64,000 nt of DNA, taken from the NCBI GenBank assembly GCA_050943595.1, contig JBMNPM010000003.1, forward strand, positions 86,476 to 150,475, read 5' to 3'. Below the pieces are notes generated by a model. The model was not told the DNA's origin and ran no database searches. It was given only the letters and a program-made list of their open reading frames with translations. The DNA is from Thermoleophilia bacterium (lineage in GTDB: Bacteria > Actinomycetota > Thermoleophilia > RBG-16-64-13). Positions 1 through 9,224 of the stretch are shown piece by piece. The translations under genes were made by a program, and so were the position numbers. Position 1 is the stretch's first letter. Each line of letters opens with the position of its first letter.

Positions 1-285
1 GCCACCAGCGGAGGCTTCAGGAAGGCCTTTCGAGCGGTGTTCGACTGCAATATGACCACCATCCTTACAGCCATCATCCTGTTCTGGGCCGCCACTGGGG
101 CTATCAAAGGCTTTGCCCTCACCCTGGGCGTCGGCGTGGCGTTGTCGATGTTCACAGCGGTACTGGTGAGCCGCTCTATGCTCACCCTCCTCAGCGGATG
201 GAGTGTCTTCCGGCATCCCAAGGCCTTGGGTCTGCATGTGCCCAAGGAGAAAAGAACGGTAGCTGATGAAGGGGGCCGGTCATGA
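1..285 (+). CDS. secD: protein translocase subunit SecD, C-terminal part (5' end lies outside the window)
   Basis: Frame-1 translation from nt 1 reads GFRKAFRAVFDCNMTTILTAIILFWAATGAIKGFALTLGVGVALSMFTAVLVSR, the conserved last TM segments of SecD; the stop is followed directly by secF. Confidence 0.85.
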   Translation, partial: ATSGGFRKAFRAVFDCNMTTILTAIILFWAATGAIKGFALTLGVGVALSMFTAVLVSRSMLTLLSGWSVFRHPKALGLHVPKEKRTVADEGGRS

Positions 286-1388
286 GGACGTTCCATTTCA
301 TGCACCATAAGTGGTGGTTCCTGGGCTTCCTCACGCTCGTGACCATAGTAGCCATCGCCATCGTATTCATCGTCGGCCTCGACTTTGGGATCGACTTCAA
401 AGGCGGAGTGAGGATGCAGGTCGGGCTTGAGAAACCGGCCACTGTTGATGATGTCCGCACCCTGGTGAGCGACATAGGCATACAAGACCCGGTGGTCCAA
501 TCAGTGGCGGACACCAGTGGCGCTCAGGGCTTCATGATCACGGCGGAGGAGATGACAGAGGCGCAGTCCAAGAAGGTCGTCGCCCAGTTGGACGAAACAT
601 ACGTAGTCAAGGCCGGCTCCACAGGCACTGAGACGGTAGGTGCTAGCTTCGGAGAGGAGACCACCAACCGCGCTCTTATAGCCATCCTTATAGCCGTAGT
701 GGTCATCCTCGGTTATCTCACCCTACGTTTCGAGATCAAGTTCGCCCTACCGGGCATCGTCGCCCTCATTCACGACCTGGCCCTGACTTTGGGCATCTAC
801 GCCGCCACCGGCCGACTGGTCACGTACGCGACCGTCGCTGCTATCCTGACCATCCTTGGCTACTCGGTGCACGATACCATCGTGATATTCGACCGCATGA
901 GGGAAAACACGCTGCTCATGAAGCGTGAGACCTACGGCGACATGGTCGACCTGTCCATCCGCCAGACCATGGTCCGCTCCATCAATACGAGTGTCGCTCT
1001 TGTGCTGCCGCTGGTAGCTATCTTGATCTTCGGCGGCCCGACACTCACGGACTTCGCCTTTGCACTCACCATCGGCGTGATAACAGGCACATACTCCTCG
1101 TTCTTCGTCGCTGCGCCTCTGATCACAATCTGGAAGGAGCGCGAGCCACGCTACCGCAAACGCCTACTGGCGGCGGGGGCGGAGGCACAACTGGCTCTTG
1201 ACGCGACCGACGGGGGTACAATGGTGGCGGATAGTAGTGCCGTGCGATCGACGACGGTCGGTGGAAGTAAAGCTTCTTCCTCCAGCGGACAAAAGCCGGT
1301 CCAGAAACGCCCGGCAAAAGCAACTTCCAAGAAGACCAGGAATTCAAAACGACCAGTGGCAAAGAACAAGAAGCGTACGTCTCAGTGA
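282..1388 (+). CDS. secF: protein translocase subunit SecF with a ~75-aa Lys/Ser-rich C-terminal tail
   Basis: LDFGIDFKGGVRMQVG N-terminal motif and six-TM SecF core; 4-nt overlap with secD; the tail KPVQKRPAKATSKKTRNSKRPVAKNKKRTSQ is an extension. Confidence 0.9.
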   Translation: MRTFHFMHHKWWFLGFLTLVTIVAIAIVFIVGLDFGIDFKGGVRMQVGLEKPATVDDVRTLVSDIGIQDPVVQSVADTSGAQGFMITAEEMTEAQSKKVVAQLDETYVVKAGSTGTETVGASFGEETTNRALIAILIAVVVILGYLTLRFEIKFALPGIVALIHDLALTLGIYAATGRLVTYATVAAILTILGYSVHDTIVIFDRMRENTLLMKRETYGDMVDLSIRQTMVRSINTSVALVLPLVAILIFGGPTLTDFAFALTIGVITGTYSSFFVAAPLITIWKEREPRYRKRLLAAGAEAQLALDATDGGTMVADSSAVRSTTVGGSKASSSSGQKPVQKRPAKATSKKTRNSKRPVAKNKKRTSQ

Positions 1389-1400
1389 GAGGAGGACGCC

Positions 1401-1826
1401 GTGTTCGAAACGTCTGCCAAGAACGCTCCTGAAGAAGACACCTCCGGCGATGAGGCACCGCGCGTCGGACAGAGCGCCCGCGATTTGATCGAGCGTGTGT
1501 TCTTGCTGGGTGTAGGCGCTGCTGCTCTTACCAAGGATCGAGCCCAAGAAGTGGTGGAAGATCTGGTCCGCCGGGGGCACCTAAGCCGCGATGAGAGCCG
1601 CGACATGGTCGAGAAAGTGATGGCCCGGAGCAGAGAAGAGGCTCGGTCGGCCATTAAGAGGGCCGACTCTTCTCTCCAAGGCGCGTACCACGACCTAGGT
1701 TTGGTAGGCAAACGCGAGCTCGAAGACCTTGATCTTCGTCTGCGGCAACTTGAGCATAGGGTGCAACTGCTTGAGGCCACAGCAGACGCCGAAAGCCGGG
1801 TGGACCGGGACTCACCCGCATTCTGA
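1401..1826 (+). CDS. phasin-like (PHA-granule-associated/COG3937-like) coiled-coil protein
   Basis: GTG start 8 nt after a GAGAGGAGGA RBS; the motif ERVFLLGVGAAALTKDRAQEVVEDLVRRGHLSRDESRDMVEKV matches the phasin-family signature; C-terminal heptad coiled coil. Confidence 0.55.
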   Translation: MFETSAKNAPEEDTSGDEAPRVGQSARDLIERVFLLGVGAAALTKDRAQEVVEDLVRRGHLSRDESRDMVEKVMARSREEARSAIKRADSSLQGAYHDLGLVGKRELEDLDLRLRQLEHRVQLLEATADAESRVDRDSPAF

Positions 1827-1935
1827 TAGTCGCCGACCGAGCGGCGTTCACAACCTCTCGAGGACGGGGGTCACAGTATTGTACCCTCAGCTAAGACACC
1901 CCAGTCTCGTCTCCCGAATCCGCAATATCGAGCGG

Positions 1936-3555
1936 ATGCGAGAAATATCACAGGTCGCCGTCCGACATGGGTTCGGGTACTTTTTCGAACCGAATCGCTT
2001 CCTCCGCATCTTCCCCCGACGACGACGCAGGAGTCGGTCCTCACCCCCTGACAGGGGTCGCCACATCCGCGAGATGCTGGAGGAACTCGGTCCGACCTTC
2101 GTGAAGTTCGGGCAACTCCTCAGTACGCGGCCCGATATTGTGCCGGCAGATATCCTGATGGAACTTGTGAAGCTGCAGGATGGTGTGCCTCCGTTTGCCT
2201 TCGAGACGGCCCGGCAGGTAATCGAGGAGGATCTGGACCTGTCTTTGTCGCGGGCCTTTACGGCCTTCGATTCGACACCGCTGGCGGCCGCCTCGATAGG
2301 CCAAGTGTACGGCGCCGTCCTTCCCGGAGGGCAAGAAGTCGTTGTGAAGGTACAGCGCCCCGATGCCGCCCGCTACATACACAAAGATATCGAACTCCTG
2401 ACACAGTTCGCCTACCTGTTTGAGGGAAAACTCGACCTAAGCTTCTCGCCACTGGAAGTGGTGCACGAGTTTGCACGCTCCATCAACCGCGAGCTCGACT
2501 ACATCCTCGAAGCCAGGAACGCAGAGCGCTTCGGGGTCAACTTCGCCGGTAGTGAGCGGGTACGCATCCCGCAGGTCTACTGGCGTTACTGTAGCAGCCG
2601 CGTCCTCACCCTAGAGCGGCTCCCAGGCTCCACCCTCAACAGCGAGGCGGTAGCCGCTCTTCCCCTGGAGACAAAGAAGGCTCTAGGGATATCCATCGCC
2701 GACTGTTGGTTCCGACAGATCCTCCATGATGGGTTCTTCCATGCCGATCCCCACCCGGCGAATATAGTGTACTTAGGCGAAGGCAAGATCGGTCTATTTG
2801 ATTTCGGTTCGGCCGGTTACCTGCGCCGGGAGGACCTGGATGAAGGCGTGACTCTCTTCCTGCACGTCATGAGTTCAAACACCCGTGGCATCAAACGCTC
2901 ACTCAGGCGATTGGGTATGGAATGGAGCCCATCCGTCGACGAGTTGATGAGCCAAGCCATCGAAGAGGCCTTCAACCGCTACTTCGGCCGCTCTCTGGCC
3001 AATCTGGACATGGCGAGTCTACTCCGCCAGGTCTTCGACATTATCTACTCCTTGCGCCTCCGCCTTCCCAGTCGTTTTTTGTTACTCGACAAGGCGCTGT
3101 TGGAGATGGAAGGCGTGGTGACTCAGCTGTATCCCGAGATGGATGTGTTTACACTGGCCCGACAGTACACCGACGAATTGAAGCAGCGCCGTTTCGACCC
3201 ACGCACTATCGCCGACAAGATGCGCCGGGATATGGTCGAGTACGCCAACATCATACGCGAGTATCCGATACAGCTGCACCAGTTGCTGGAGGAGGTGAGG
3301 TCGGGAGAGCTTGAGGTCAAGCACCGCCATGTGGGACTCGAGAATCTGATGCAACGCTTCGATATCATCACCAACCGCCTGGTCGTAGCTCTCGTATGTA
3401 TCGCATTGGGGGTGAGCAGCACAGCAGTGGGTATCCTCATCGAAGGAGGTCCACATGTGGGTGGCTTCTCCATATGGGGATTGCCCGGCTTTGTCGGCTC
3501 CATCTTTTTTGGCGCTTGGCTCATCTACGCCATCATCCGTTCTGGGCGGATGTAG
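1936..3555 (+). CDS. ABC1/UbiB-family atypical protein kinase
   Basis: MLEELGPTFVKFGQLLSTRPDIVPADILMELVKLQDGVPPF and an HADPHPAN catalytic loop with DFG; the ORF track extends to 1729, but that part overlaps the upstream gene, so the ATG at 1936 is taken as start. Confidence 0.8.
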   Translation: MREISQVAVRHGFGYFFEPNRFLRIFPRRRRRSRSSPPDRGRHIREMLEELGPTFVKFGQLLSTRPDIVPADILMELVKLQDGVPPFAFETARQVIEEDLDLSLSRAFTAFDSTPLAAASIGQVYGAVLPGGQEVVVKVQRPDAARYIHKDIELLTQFAYLFEGKLDLSFSPLEVVHEFARSINRELDYILEARNAERFGVNFAGSERVRIPQVYWRYCSSRVLTLERLPGSTLNSEAVAALPLETKKALGISIADCWFRQILHDGFFHADPHPANIVYLGEGKIGLFDFGSAGYLRREDLDEGVTLFLHVMSSNTRGIKRSLRRLGMEWSPSVDELMSQAIEEAFNRYFGRSLANLDMASLLRQVFDIIYSLRLRLPSRFLLLDKALLEMEGVVTQLYPEMDVFTLARQYTDELKQRRFDPRTIADKMRRDMVEYANIIREYPIQLHQLLEEVRSGELEVKHRHVGLENLMQRFDIITNRLVVALVCIALGVSSTAVGILIEGGPHVGGFSIWGLPGFVGSIFFGAWLIYAIIRSGRM

Positions 3556-3614
3556 GGGCCGTCTCTGTAGCTTTTGGACATTGCCCGTCCACGTCAAGGG
3601 TTATAGTTGGTCTC

Positions 3615-6185
3615 ATGGGATCACCTGACGACATCACGTGGGATATAGTCCCGTTTTCCTGGGCCGCTGCCGACCGACTGGCGCGGGAACTGAACCTCCC
3701 CCTACCGGTCGCCACCATCCTCGCGGGGCGCGGTCTTGTTGAGCCGGGATCGGCACAGGCCTTCCTCGACTGTTCTGCACCTATCCCCGATCCCTTCCTG
3801 TTCGCCGATATGGTGGAAGCGGTTGACAAGCTGACAGAAGCTATAGCTTCTGGCCGCCGCGTTGTCGTCCACGGTGACTACGACGCGGACGGCATCACAG
3901 CCACCGCCCTAATGGTCCTAGGATTGCGCAGTTTTGGTGTAGAGGCCGAGTGGTATCTGCCCAGCCGCTTCACAGAGGGGTTCGGGCTGTCGTCCACAGC
4001 TGTGGAGGGCATCGCCGGCCGGGGTCCGGCGCTGCTCATTACTGTGGACTGCGGGATCAATTATCCGGACCAGGTAGCGTTGGCCCGGCACCTGGGCCTT
4101 GATGTAATCGTCATCGACCATCATCAGCCGGGCGCAGACCTACCCGCGTGTCCACTCATCCATCCGGTCAGAGGAGACTACCCAACAGCCGACCTGTGCG
4201 GAGTAGGCTTGGCTTTCAAAGTGCTCCACGCGTTGCATATCGCGATCTTAGGAGCCACCCCTCAGGAGATTCCTGAAGGCCTCCATGCCCTCCTAGACTT
4301 GGTGGCTGTGGGCACGATAGCCGATCTCGTCCCCCTGCGTGGCGAGAACCGTTACTACACTAAAGAGGGGCTCAAGCTGCTCACCATTGGGTCTCGTACC
4401 GGGTTTCGGTTTCTCAGCAAAGTGGCCGGATGTGCGGGACGAGTCGATTCGGGCAGCGTGTCGTTCCGCATCGCCCCCCACCTCAATGCCGCGGGGCGGC
4501 TGACCGATGCTTCGCTGCCGTTACGCCTCCTGCTCACCGAGGACGAAACAGAGGCGGCCGCCATTGCTGATGCGCTACACGATATGAACGGCGTGCGCCA
4601 AAACGTGGAGCGGCAGATTCTCGGCGAAACTCTTACCCAGATCGAGGCTCTCGATATTCTCCCGCCCCTGTTGGTCTTGAGTGGCGCCGGCTGGCATGAG
4701 GGAGTGGTCGGCATCGTCGCCTCCCGGCTGGTGGAGCGCTACCATCGTCCAGTAATAGTGCTGGCTGAACACGACGGGATTGCCAAGGGATCGGGCAGAA
4801 GTATCGCCCACTACGACTTGATGTCCGGTCTCGATGCTTGTGCAGAGTGGCTGACGGTCTTCGGGGGCCACAAAATGGCGGCGGGCCTGACGTTGGACGT
4901 CGAGCGGATAGACGGCTTCAGGCAGGCCCTAGAGACGCACGCCGCCGCCCACTTGAGTAGAGACGACGTCAAGCCCGTGTATCGCGCCGACGCCGTGCTG
5001 AGAAGTGAAGACATCAACGCCGATACTGCGCTGGCCCTTGCGTCTCTCGGTCCGTTCGGCAGCTCCAACCCGCGGCCACGGCTGCTTCTCCTCGACGCCG
5101 ACATGCGCCGGGTGGAGACGACGCGCACGGGTGCACATCTACGGTGTGTCGTCGACGTGGAAGGCGTAAAGGTCCGGGCCATCGGGTTCGGGCTTGGGGA
5201 GCGGGCCGAAGAGCTGCGCACAGATGGGGATAGGCGCATCCTAGGTGTGCAGCTCCGTGTCGATGAGTGGCAGGGGGCACTCAGGCCGGAACTCCAACTA
5301 GACAGGATAGGTATAGGGCTCTCCGGGCGCTGTGCAGCTCCCGCTTGCGGGCCACAATGCCCCCATTGGAACCCTCTGAGCGCCACCGGGGAGGTACTTT
5401 CCGTCGCAGAACTCGACCACGGAACGCCGTCTGACGAGAGTGTCTCCACGCGTAGCTATGGATCGCCGCGGTCGAAGCCACGGCTCTCATCGACACGAGT
5501 AGCACGCGACATCCACGAGGCGGGCGGGCGCCTGTCGGCCGTGGCACAGTTGCTCGCCAGTGGCGAGCCGACCCTCTTCCTCACCTGTTCTGCGACCCAT
5601 CGCTTGGAAGAACTTGCCGCCGGCCTGCCTCTTGACGATCTGACCCGGGGTGGCTTGTGGTGCGTGAGCCGCGCATGTGCGGGCAGAGATGTCCCCCGCC
5701 TAGGAGATGGCGGCACGATCCTCATGGAGTGGGATGTGGCCACCAGACAGGCTCCTGTCGACATTCCCACGCATGTGGCCGCCCTCGATCCACCGTACCG
5801 GCACGAACACACCCGATTACTACGTCATTACGCGGACCAGGGGGCATGTGTGCACCTGTACTACGGAGAAGAGCAGAGATGCATGACGGCCGATCTCCTC
5901 CGGTACCTCGTCCATCCACGATTCGCACTGGTCTGTACCTACCGGGCCCTTGAAAAGGTGGGAGGGGACGAGGAAGTCCGCCACGCGGCGGCCGGACTGG
6001 CTTGGCATCACGGCCGCGTGGTCCTGGGCGACGCAGCTCTGTCGCGGGCGGCGTATATTCTCGCTAAGCTCGATCTAGAACAGGTCGGAGCCGGAGGGGC
6101 TAGAATAAAGCCGGAGAGTATCCCGCAGTACACTGAGGCTCAGGCCGAGTACGAGGAGTGTTCCAGGCTGTGCCGGATCCTTTAG
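3615..6185 (+). CDS. recJ: single-stranded-DNA-specific exonuclease RecJ with a ~250-aa C-terminal extension
   Basis: DHH motifs VVHGDYDADGITATAL, DHH, GVGLAFKV and the DHHA1 region; the ORF track starts at 3396 inside the ubiB-like gene, so the ATG at 3615 (MGSPDDITWDIVPF) is taken as start. Confidence 0.85.
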   Translation: MGSPDDITWDIVPFSWAAADRLARELNLPLPVATILAGRGLVEPGSAQAFLDCSAPIPDPFLFADMVEAVDKLTEAIASGRRVVVHGDYDADGITATALMVLGLRSFGVEAEWYLPSRFTEGFGLSSTAVEGIAGRGPALLITVDCGINYPDQVALARHLGLDVIVIDHHQPGADLPACPLIHPVRGDYPTADLCGVGLAFKVLHALHIAILGATPQEIPEGLHALLDLVAVGTIADLVPLRGENRYYTKEGLKLLTIGSRTGFRFLSKVAGCAGRVDSGSVSFRIAPHLNAAGRLTDASLPLRLLLTEDETEAAAIADALHDMNGVRQNVERQILGETLTQIEALDILPPLLVLSGAGWHEGVVGIVASRLVERYHRPVIVLAEHDGIAKGSGRSIAHYDLMSGLDACAEWLTVFGGHKMAAGLTLDVERIDGFRQALETHAAAHLSRDDVKPVYRADAVLRSEDINADTALALASLGPFGSSNPRPRLLLLDADMRRVETTRTGAHLRCVVDVEGVKVRAIGFGLGERAEELRTDGDRRILGVQLRVDEWQGALRPELQLDRIGIGLSGRCAAPACGPQCPHWNPLSATGEVLSVAELDHGTPSDESVSTRSYGSPRSKPRLSSTRVARDIHEAGGRLSAVAQLLASGEPTLFLTCSATHRLEELAAGLPLDDLTRGGLWCVSRACAGRDVPRLGDGGTILMEWDVATRQAPVDIPTHVAALDPPYRHEHTRLLRHYADQGACVHLYYGEEQRCMTADLLRYLVHPRFALVCTYRALEKVGGDEEVRHAAAGLAWHHGRVVLGDAALSRAAYILAKLDLEQVGAGGARIKPESIPQYTEAQAEYEECSRLCRIL

Positions 6186-8434
6186 ACACCAAGGGCGTAA
6201 AGGTCGACGACGGGGGTGTGGCCACGGGTGGCGCCGGTACACCGGTGGAGCCCAGCGAGCTGCCGGAGGAGCTTCTGATCAAGATCGAACGCTTCACGGC
6301 CGCCTCCGACAGGGAACTTATCACGAAGGCGTTCCATGTAGCCGCAGCACAACACCAGCACCAACTGCGTGCCAGCGGCGAACCCTATATGAGTCACCCC
6401 GTTAATACAGCGATTATCTGTGCCGAACTCGGACTCGATTCGGCTACGCTGGCGGCCGCGCTCCTGCATGATGTCGTCGAAGACACATCCATGACGACCG
6501 AGGCCGTTCGCGATCAGTTCGGTGAAGATGTGGCTCTTCTGGTCGACGGACTCACCAAACTGTCGAAGATATCGTTCCGCAGCGATGAAGAAGAGCAGGC
6601 CGAGAACATCCGCAAGATGATCATCGCCATGGCCAAGGATATCCGTGTGATTCTCATCAAATTGGCCGACCGGCTCCACAATATGCGTACCCTCACGCAT
6701 CTGCGCAAGGAGAAGCAGATCCAGAAGGCCAGGGAGACCCTCGAGGTGTATGCTCCCCTGGCTCACCGTCTAGGCATAGAGTCGATCCGCTGGGAACTCG
6801 AGGATCTGGCCTTTGTCACCCTCCACCCACGCAAGTACGCTGAAGTAGCGGGCATGGTGGCACAACGTCGGGATGACCGCGAACGCGACATGGAAGAGGC
6901 CCGCGACATCCTCAACGCGGAACTGGCGGACATGAATATCCAGGCCGACATCTCCGGAAGAGCCAAGCATCTGTACTCCGTCTACAACAAGATGGTGCGC
7001 AAGGGTAAGGAATTCAACGAGATTTACGACCTCACCGCCCTACGCGTCTTGGTCTCTTCAGTGAAGGACTGCTACACGGTGCTGGGCACTGTCCACTCCA
7101 TCTGGAAGCCGGTCCACGGACGGTTCAAGGACTATGTGGCCATGCCCAAGCTCAACATGTATCAATCACTGCACACGACCGTCATCGGACCGAAGGGAAA
7201 ACCGCTCGAGATCCAGATCCGCACCTACGAGATGCACGAGACGGCCCAGTACGGGATCGCAGCCCACTGGATGTACAAAGAGGGGCGTTCCGGTCGACAC
7301 TCTCCGGGTCAACTCGAGAAGCCGCAGTGGCTGCGACAGATCATGGACTGGCAGTCTGATACGAAAGACTCTACCGAGTTCATGGACTCGTTGCGCGTTG
7401 ACCTCTTTCATGACGAAGTCTATGTCTTCACTCCCAAGGGTGAGGTCAAGAGGTTGCCCGCCGGTTCCACGCCCGTCGATTTCGCCTACGCCATCCATAC
7501 CGACGTGGGGCACCGCTGCACGGGGGGGAAGGTCAACGGACGACTCGTGCCCCTCACGCACCGGCTACAGTCCGGGGATATCGTGGAAGTCCTCACATCC
7601 AAGACGGCCCAGGGCCCTTCTCGGGATTGGCTGCAGTTCGTAGCCAGCTCAGGAGCACGCAGTAGAATCCGGCAGTGGTTCAAGCGAGAGAAGCGCGAGG
7701 ACGCGGAGCACGTAGGCCGGGAGACGCTGCTCGAGGCCCTGCGCAAGCAGGGACTTCCTGCCCAGAAGTTGATCAGGTCCGAACTCATGGATGACATCAT
7801 GAAGGAGTCCAAAATAGCCAAAAGGAATGACTTCTTCGTTGCAATCGGCTTGGGAAAGATCAGTGCGCAACATGTGGTGACCCGGGTCATCCAGAACCTC
7901 AACCAACAGGACGCTCAGCGGTCGACTGCGCTCACCCTGCCGACTACTGCGCCTGCAGATGGCAGGGAGACTCCATCTTCTCAAGAACTGGGTATCAAAA
8001 TCGACGGCATAGACGATGTGCCCATTCGCATTCCCCAGTGCTGCCGGCCGGTGCCGGGAGATGAGGTGATCGGCTATATCTCCCTGGGCAGAGGTGTCAC
8101 CATCCACCGGCGCGACTGCCCCAACATCAGCTCACTGAAAAAGAACCCCGAGCGCTTTAAGTCCGTTGACTGGGACACCGAGTCGAAGGGGCCATTACGA
8201 GTGGAGATACAGATCGAGGCCTACGACCGCAATCACCTGCTGGAGGATATCTCGCGCACCCTGAGCGAGAGCGGTCTCTCTATCGTAGCCGCCCAGATTC
8301 ACACCACCCGAGCCAACACAGTAAAGAACCGCTTTGTCTTCGATGTGCCTGACATCGATTCTCTGGAAACCGTCCTGCAGCGCATCCGCCGAATCGATAC
8401 CGTCTACGACGCCTACCGCGTCACACCCCACTGA
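6158..8434 (+). CDS. relA: bifunctional (p)ppGpp synthetase/hydrolase Rel
   Basis: Intact HD hydrolase motif (HDVVEDT), synthetase domain, TGS and C-terminal ACT; overlaps the recJ end by 28 nt; the exact start is uncertain (possible GTG further downstream). Confidence 0.9.
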   Translation: MFQAVPDPLDTKGVKVDDGGVATGGAGTPVEPSELPEELLIKIERFTAASDRELITKAFHVAAAQHQHQLRASGEPYMSHPVNTAIICAELGLDSATLAAALLHDVVEDTSMTTEAVRDQFGEDVALLVDGLTKLSKISFRSDEEEQAENIRKMIIAMAKDIRVILIKLADRLHNMRTLTHLRKEKQIQKARETLEVYAPLAHRLGIESIRWELEDLAFVTLHPRKYAEVAGMVAQRRDDRERDMEEARDILNAELADMNIQADISGRAKHLYSVYNKMVRKGKEFNEIYDLTALRVLVSSVKDCYTVLGTVHSIWKPVHGRFKDYVAMPKLNMYQSLHTTVIGPKGKPLEIQIRTYEMHETAQYGIAAHWMYKEGRSGRHSPGQLEKPQWLRQIMDWQSDTKDSTEFMDSLRVDLFHDEVYVFTPKGEVKRLPAGSTPVDFAYAIHTDVGHRCTGGKVNGRLVPLTHRLQSGDIVEVLTSKTAQGPSRDWLQFVASSGARSRIRQWFKREKREDAEHVGRETLLEALRKQGLPAQKLIRSELMDDIMKESKIAKRNDFFVAIGLGKISAQHVVTRVIQNLNQQDAQRSTALTLPTTAPADGRETPSSQELGIKIDGIDDVPIRIPQCCRPVPGDEVIGYISLGRGVTIHRRDCPNISSLKKNPERFKSVDWDTESKGPLRVEIQIEAYDRNHLLEDISRTLSESGLSIVAAQIHTTRANTVKNRFVFDVPDIDSLETVLQRIRRIDTVYDAYRVTPH

Positions 8435-8493
8435 CGCAGACCGCCACCCCAATCTTCGATTGCGGCTGAGGGGCTGAGGGCCGCTGTCTGCTC

Positions 8494-8502
8494 TGGTACA
8501 AT
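8494..8502 (+). promoter_or_regulatory. extended -10 element TGGTACAAT upstream of the MBL-hydrolase gene
   Basis: TGnTACAAT lies 87 nt upstream of the ATG at 8589; no good -35. Confidence 0.3.
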
Positions 8503-8527
8503 CTCTGGCCGTGGGCCAACCGCCCGC

Positions 8528-8557
8528 GACAGTCATCTGACGGACAGTCATCTGACG
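8528..8557 (+). repeat. perfect 15-bp tandem direct repeat (gacagtcatctgacg x2) in the 5' leader
   Basis: Read directly in the sequence; it sits between the putative -10 and the AAGGAG RBS of the MBL-hydrolase gene. Confidence 0.7.
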
Positions 8558-8588
8558 TCTAATCTGATCTGCGAACAAGGAGCGATCC

Positions 8589-9224
8589 ATGCACATGCGT
8601 TGTCTTCCCGTGGGCCCGCTCCAAGCCAACTGCTACCTCATTTGGGACGATGACCTACATGCATGCGCAGTCGATCCGGGGGGCGAATCGGAACGGATCG
8701 CGCGCTACCTCTCCGATGAGGGCTTGACCTTGGACGCCATCCTGCTCACCCACGGTCATTTTGACCACGCCGAAGGAGTCAAAGGACTGGCGGAACGAAC
8801 GGGAGCGAAAGTCTACTGTTCACCTCTAGTCGCTCCGGTGCTCACCGGTCCGGACGGGTGCGATGCAACCGGTTATCCCATACCCAGCGTTGATGCCGAC
8901 ACGGTAGAGGTTGTAGACGAGGGCGCCACGGTTGTGGTGAACAGTTTCTCTGTAACAGTCATCGCCACCCCGGGCCACACGCCGGGAGATCTCACCTTCG
9001 AGATCGACGGGCACCTCTTCTGCGGAGACCTCCTTTTTTACCGATCTGTGGGGCGCACGGACTTCCCCGGCGGGGATTTCCCCACCCTACTCAGGTCGGT
9101 AGCCAAGCTCGCTGAACGTTATCCGGCCTCGACTCCCGTCCACCCGGGACACATGCAGTCGACCACTCTGGGCGAGGAACTGCGCTCTAATCCCTTTCTA
9201 GAAAGCCTGGACGTCGATGCCTGA
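8589..9224 (+). CDS. MBL-fold metallo-hydrolase (glyoxalase II-like)
   Basis: LLTHGHFDHAEG (HxHxDH) metal-binding motif plus downstream H/D ligands. Confidence 0.8.
   Translation: MHMRCLPVGPLQANCYLIWDDDLHACAVDPGGESERIARYLSDEGLTLDAILLTHGHFDHAEGVKGLAERTGAKVYCSPLVAPVLTGPDGCDATGYPIPSVDADTVEVVDEGATVVVNSFSVTVIATPGHTPGDLTFEIDGHLFCGDLLFYRSVGRTDFPGGDFPTLLRSVAKLAERYPASTPVHPGHMQSTTLGEELRSNPFLESLDVDA

Noticed and set aside
1729-1935. Upstream extensions of the ubiB-like (from 1729) and recJ (from 3396) ORFs
   Set aside because: The extended parts overlap the preceding gene in another frame and lack homology. The internal ATGs at 1936 and 3615 sit where family alignments begin.
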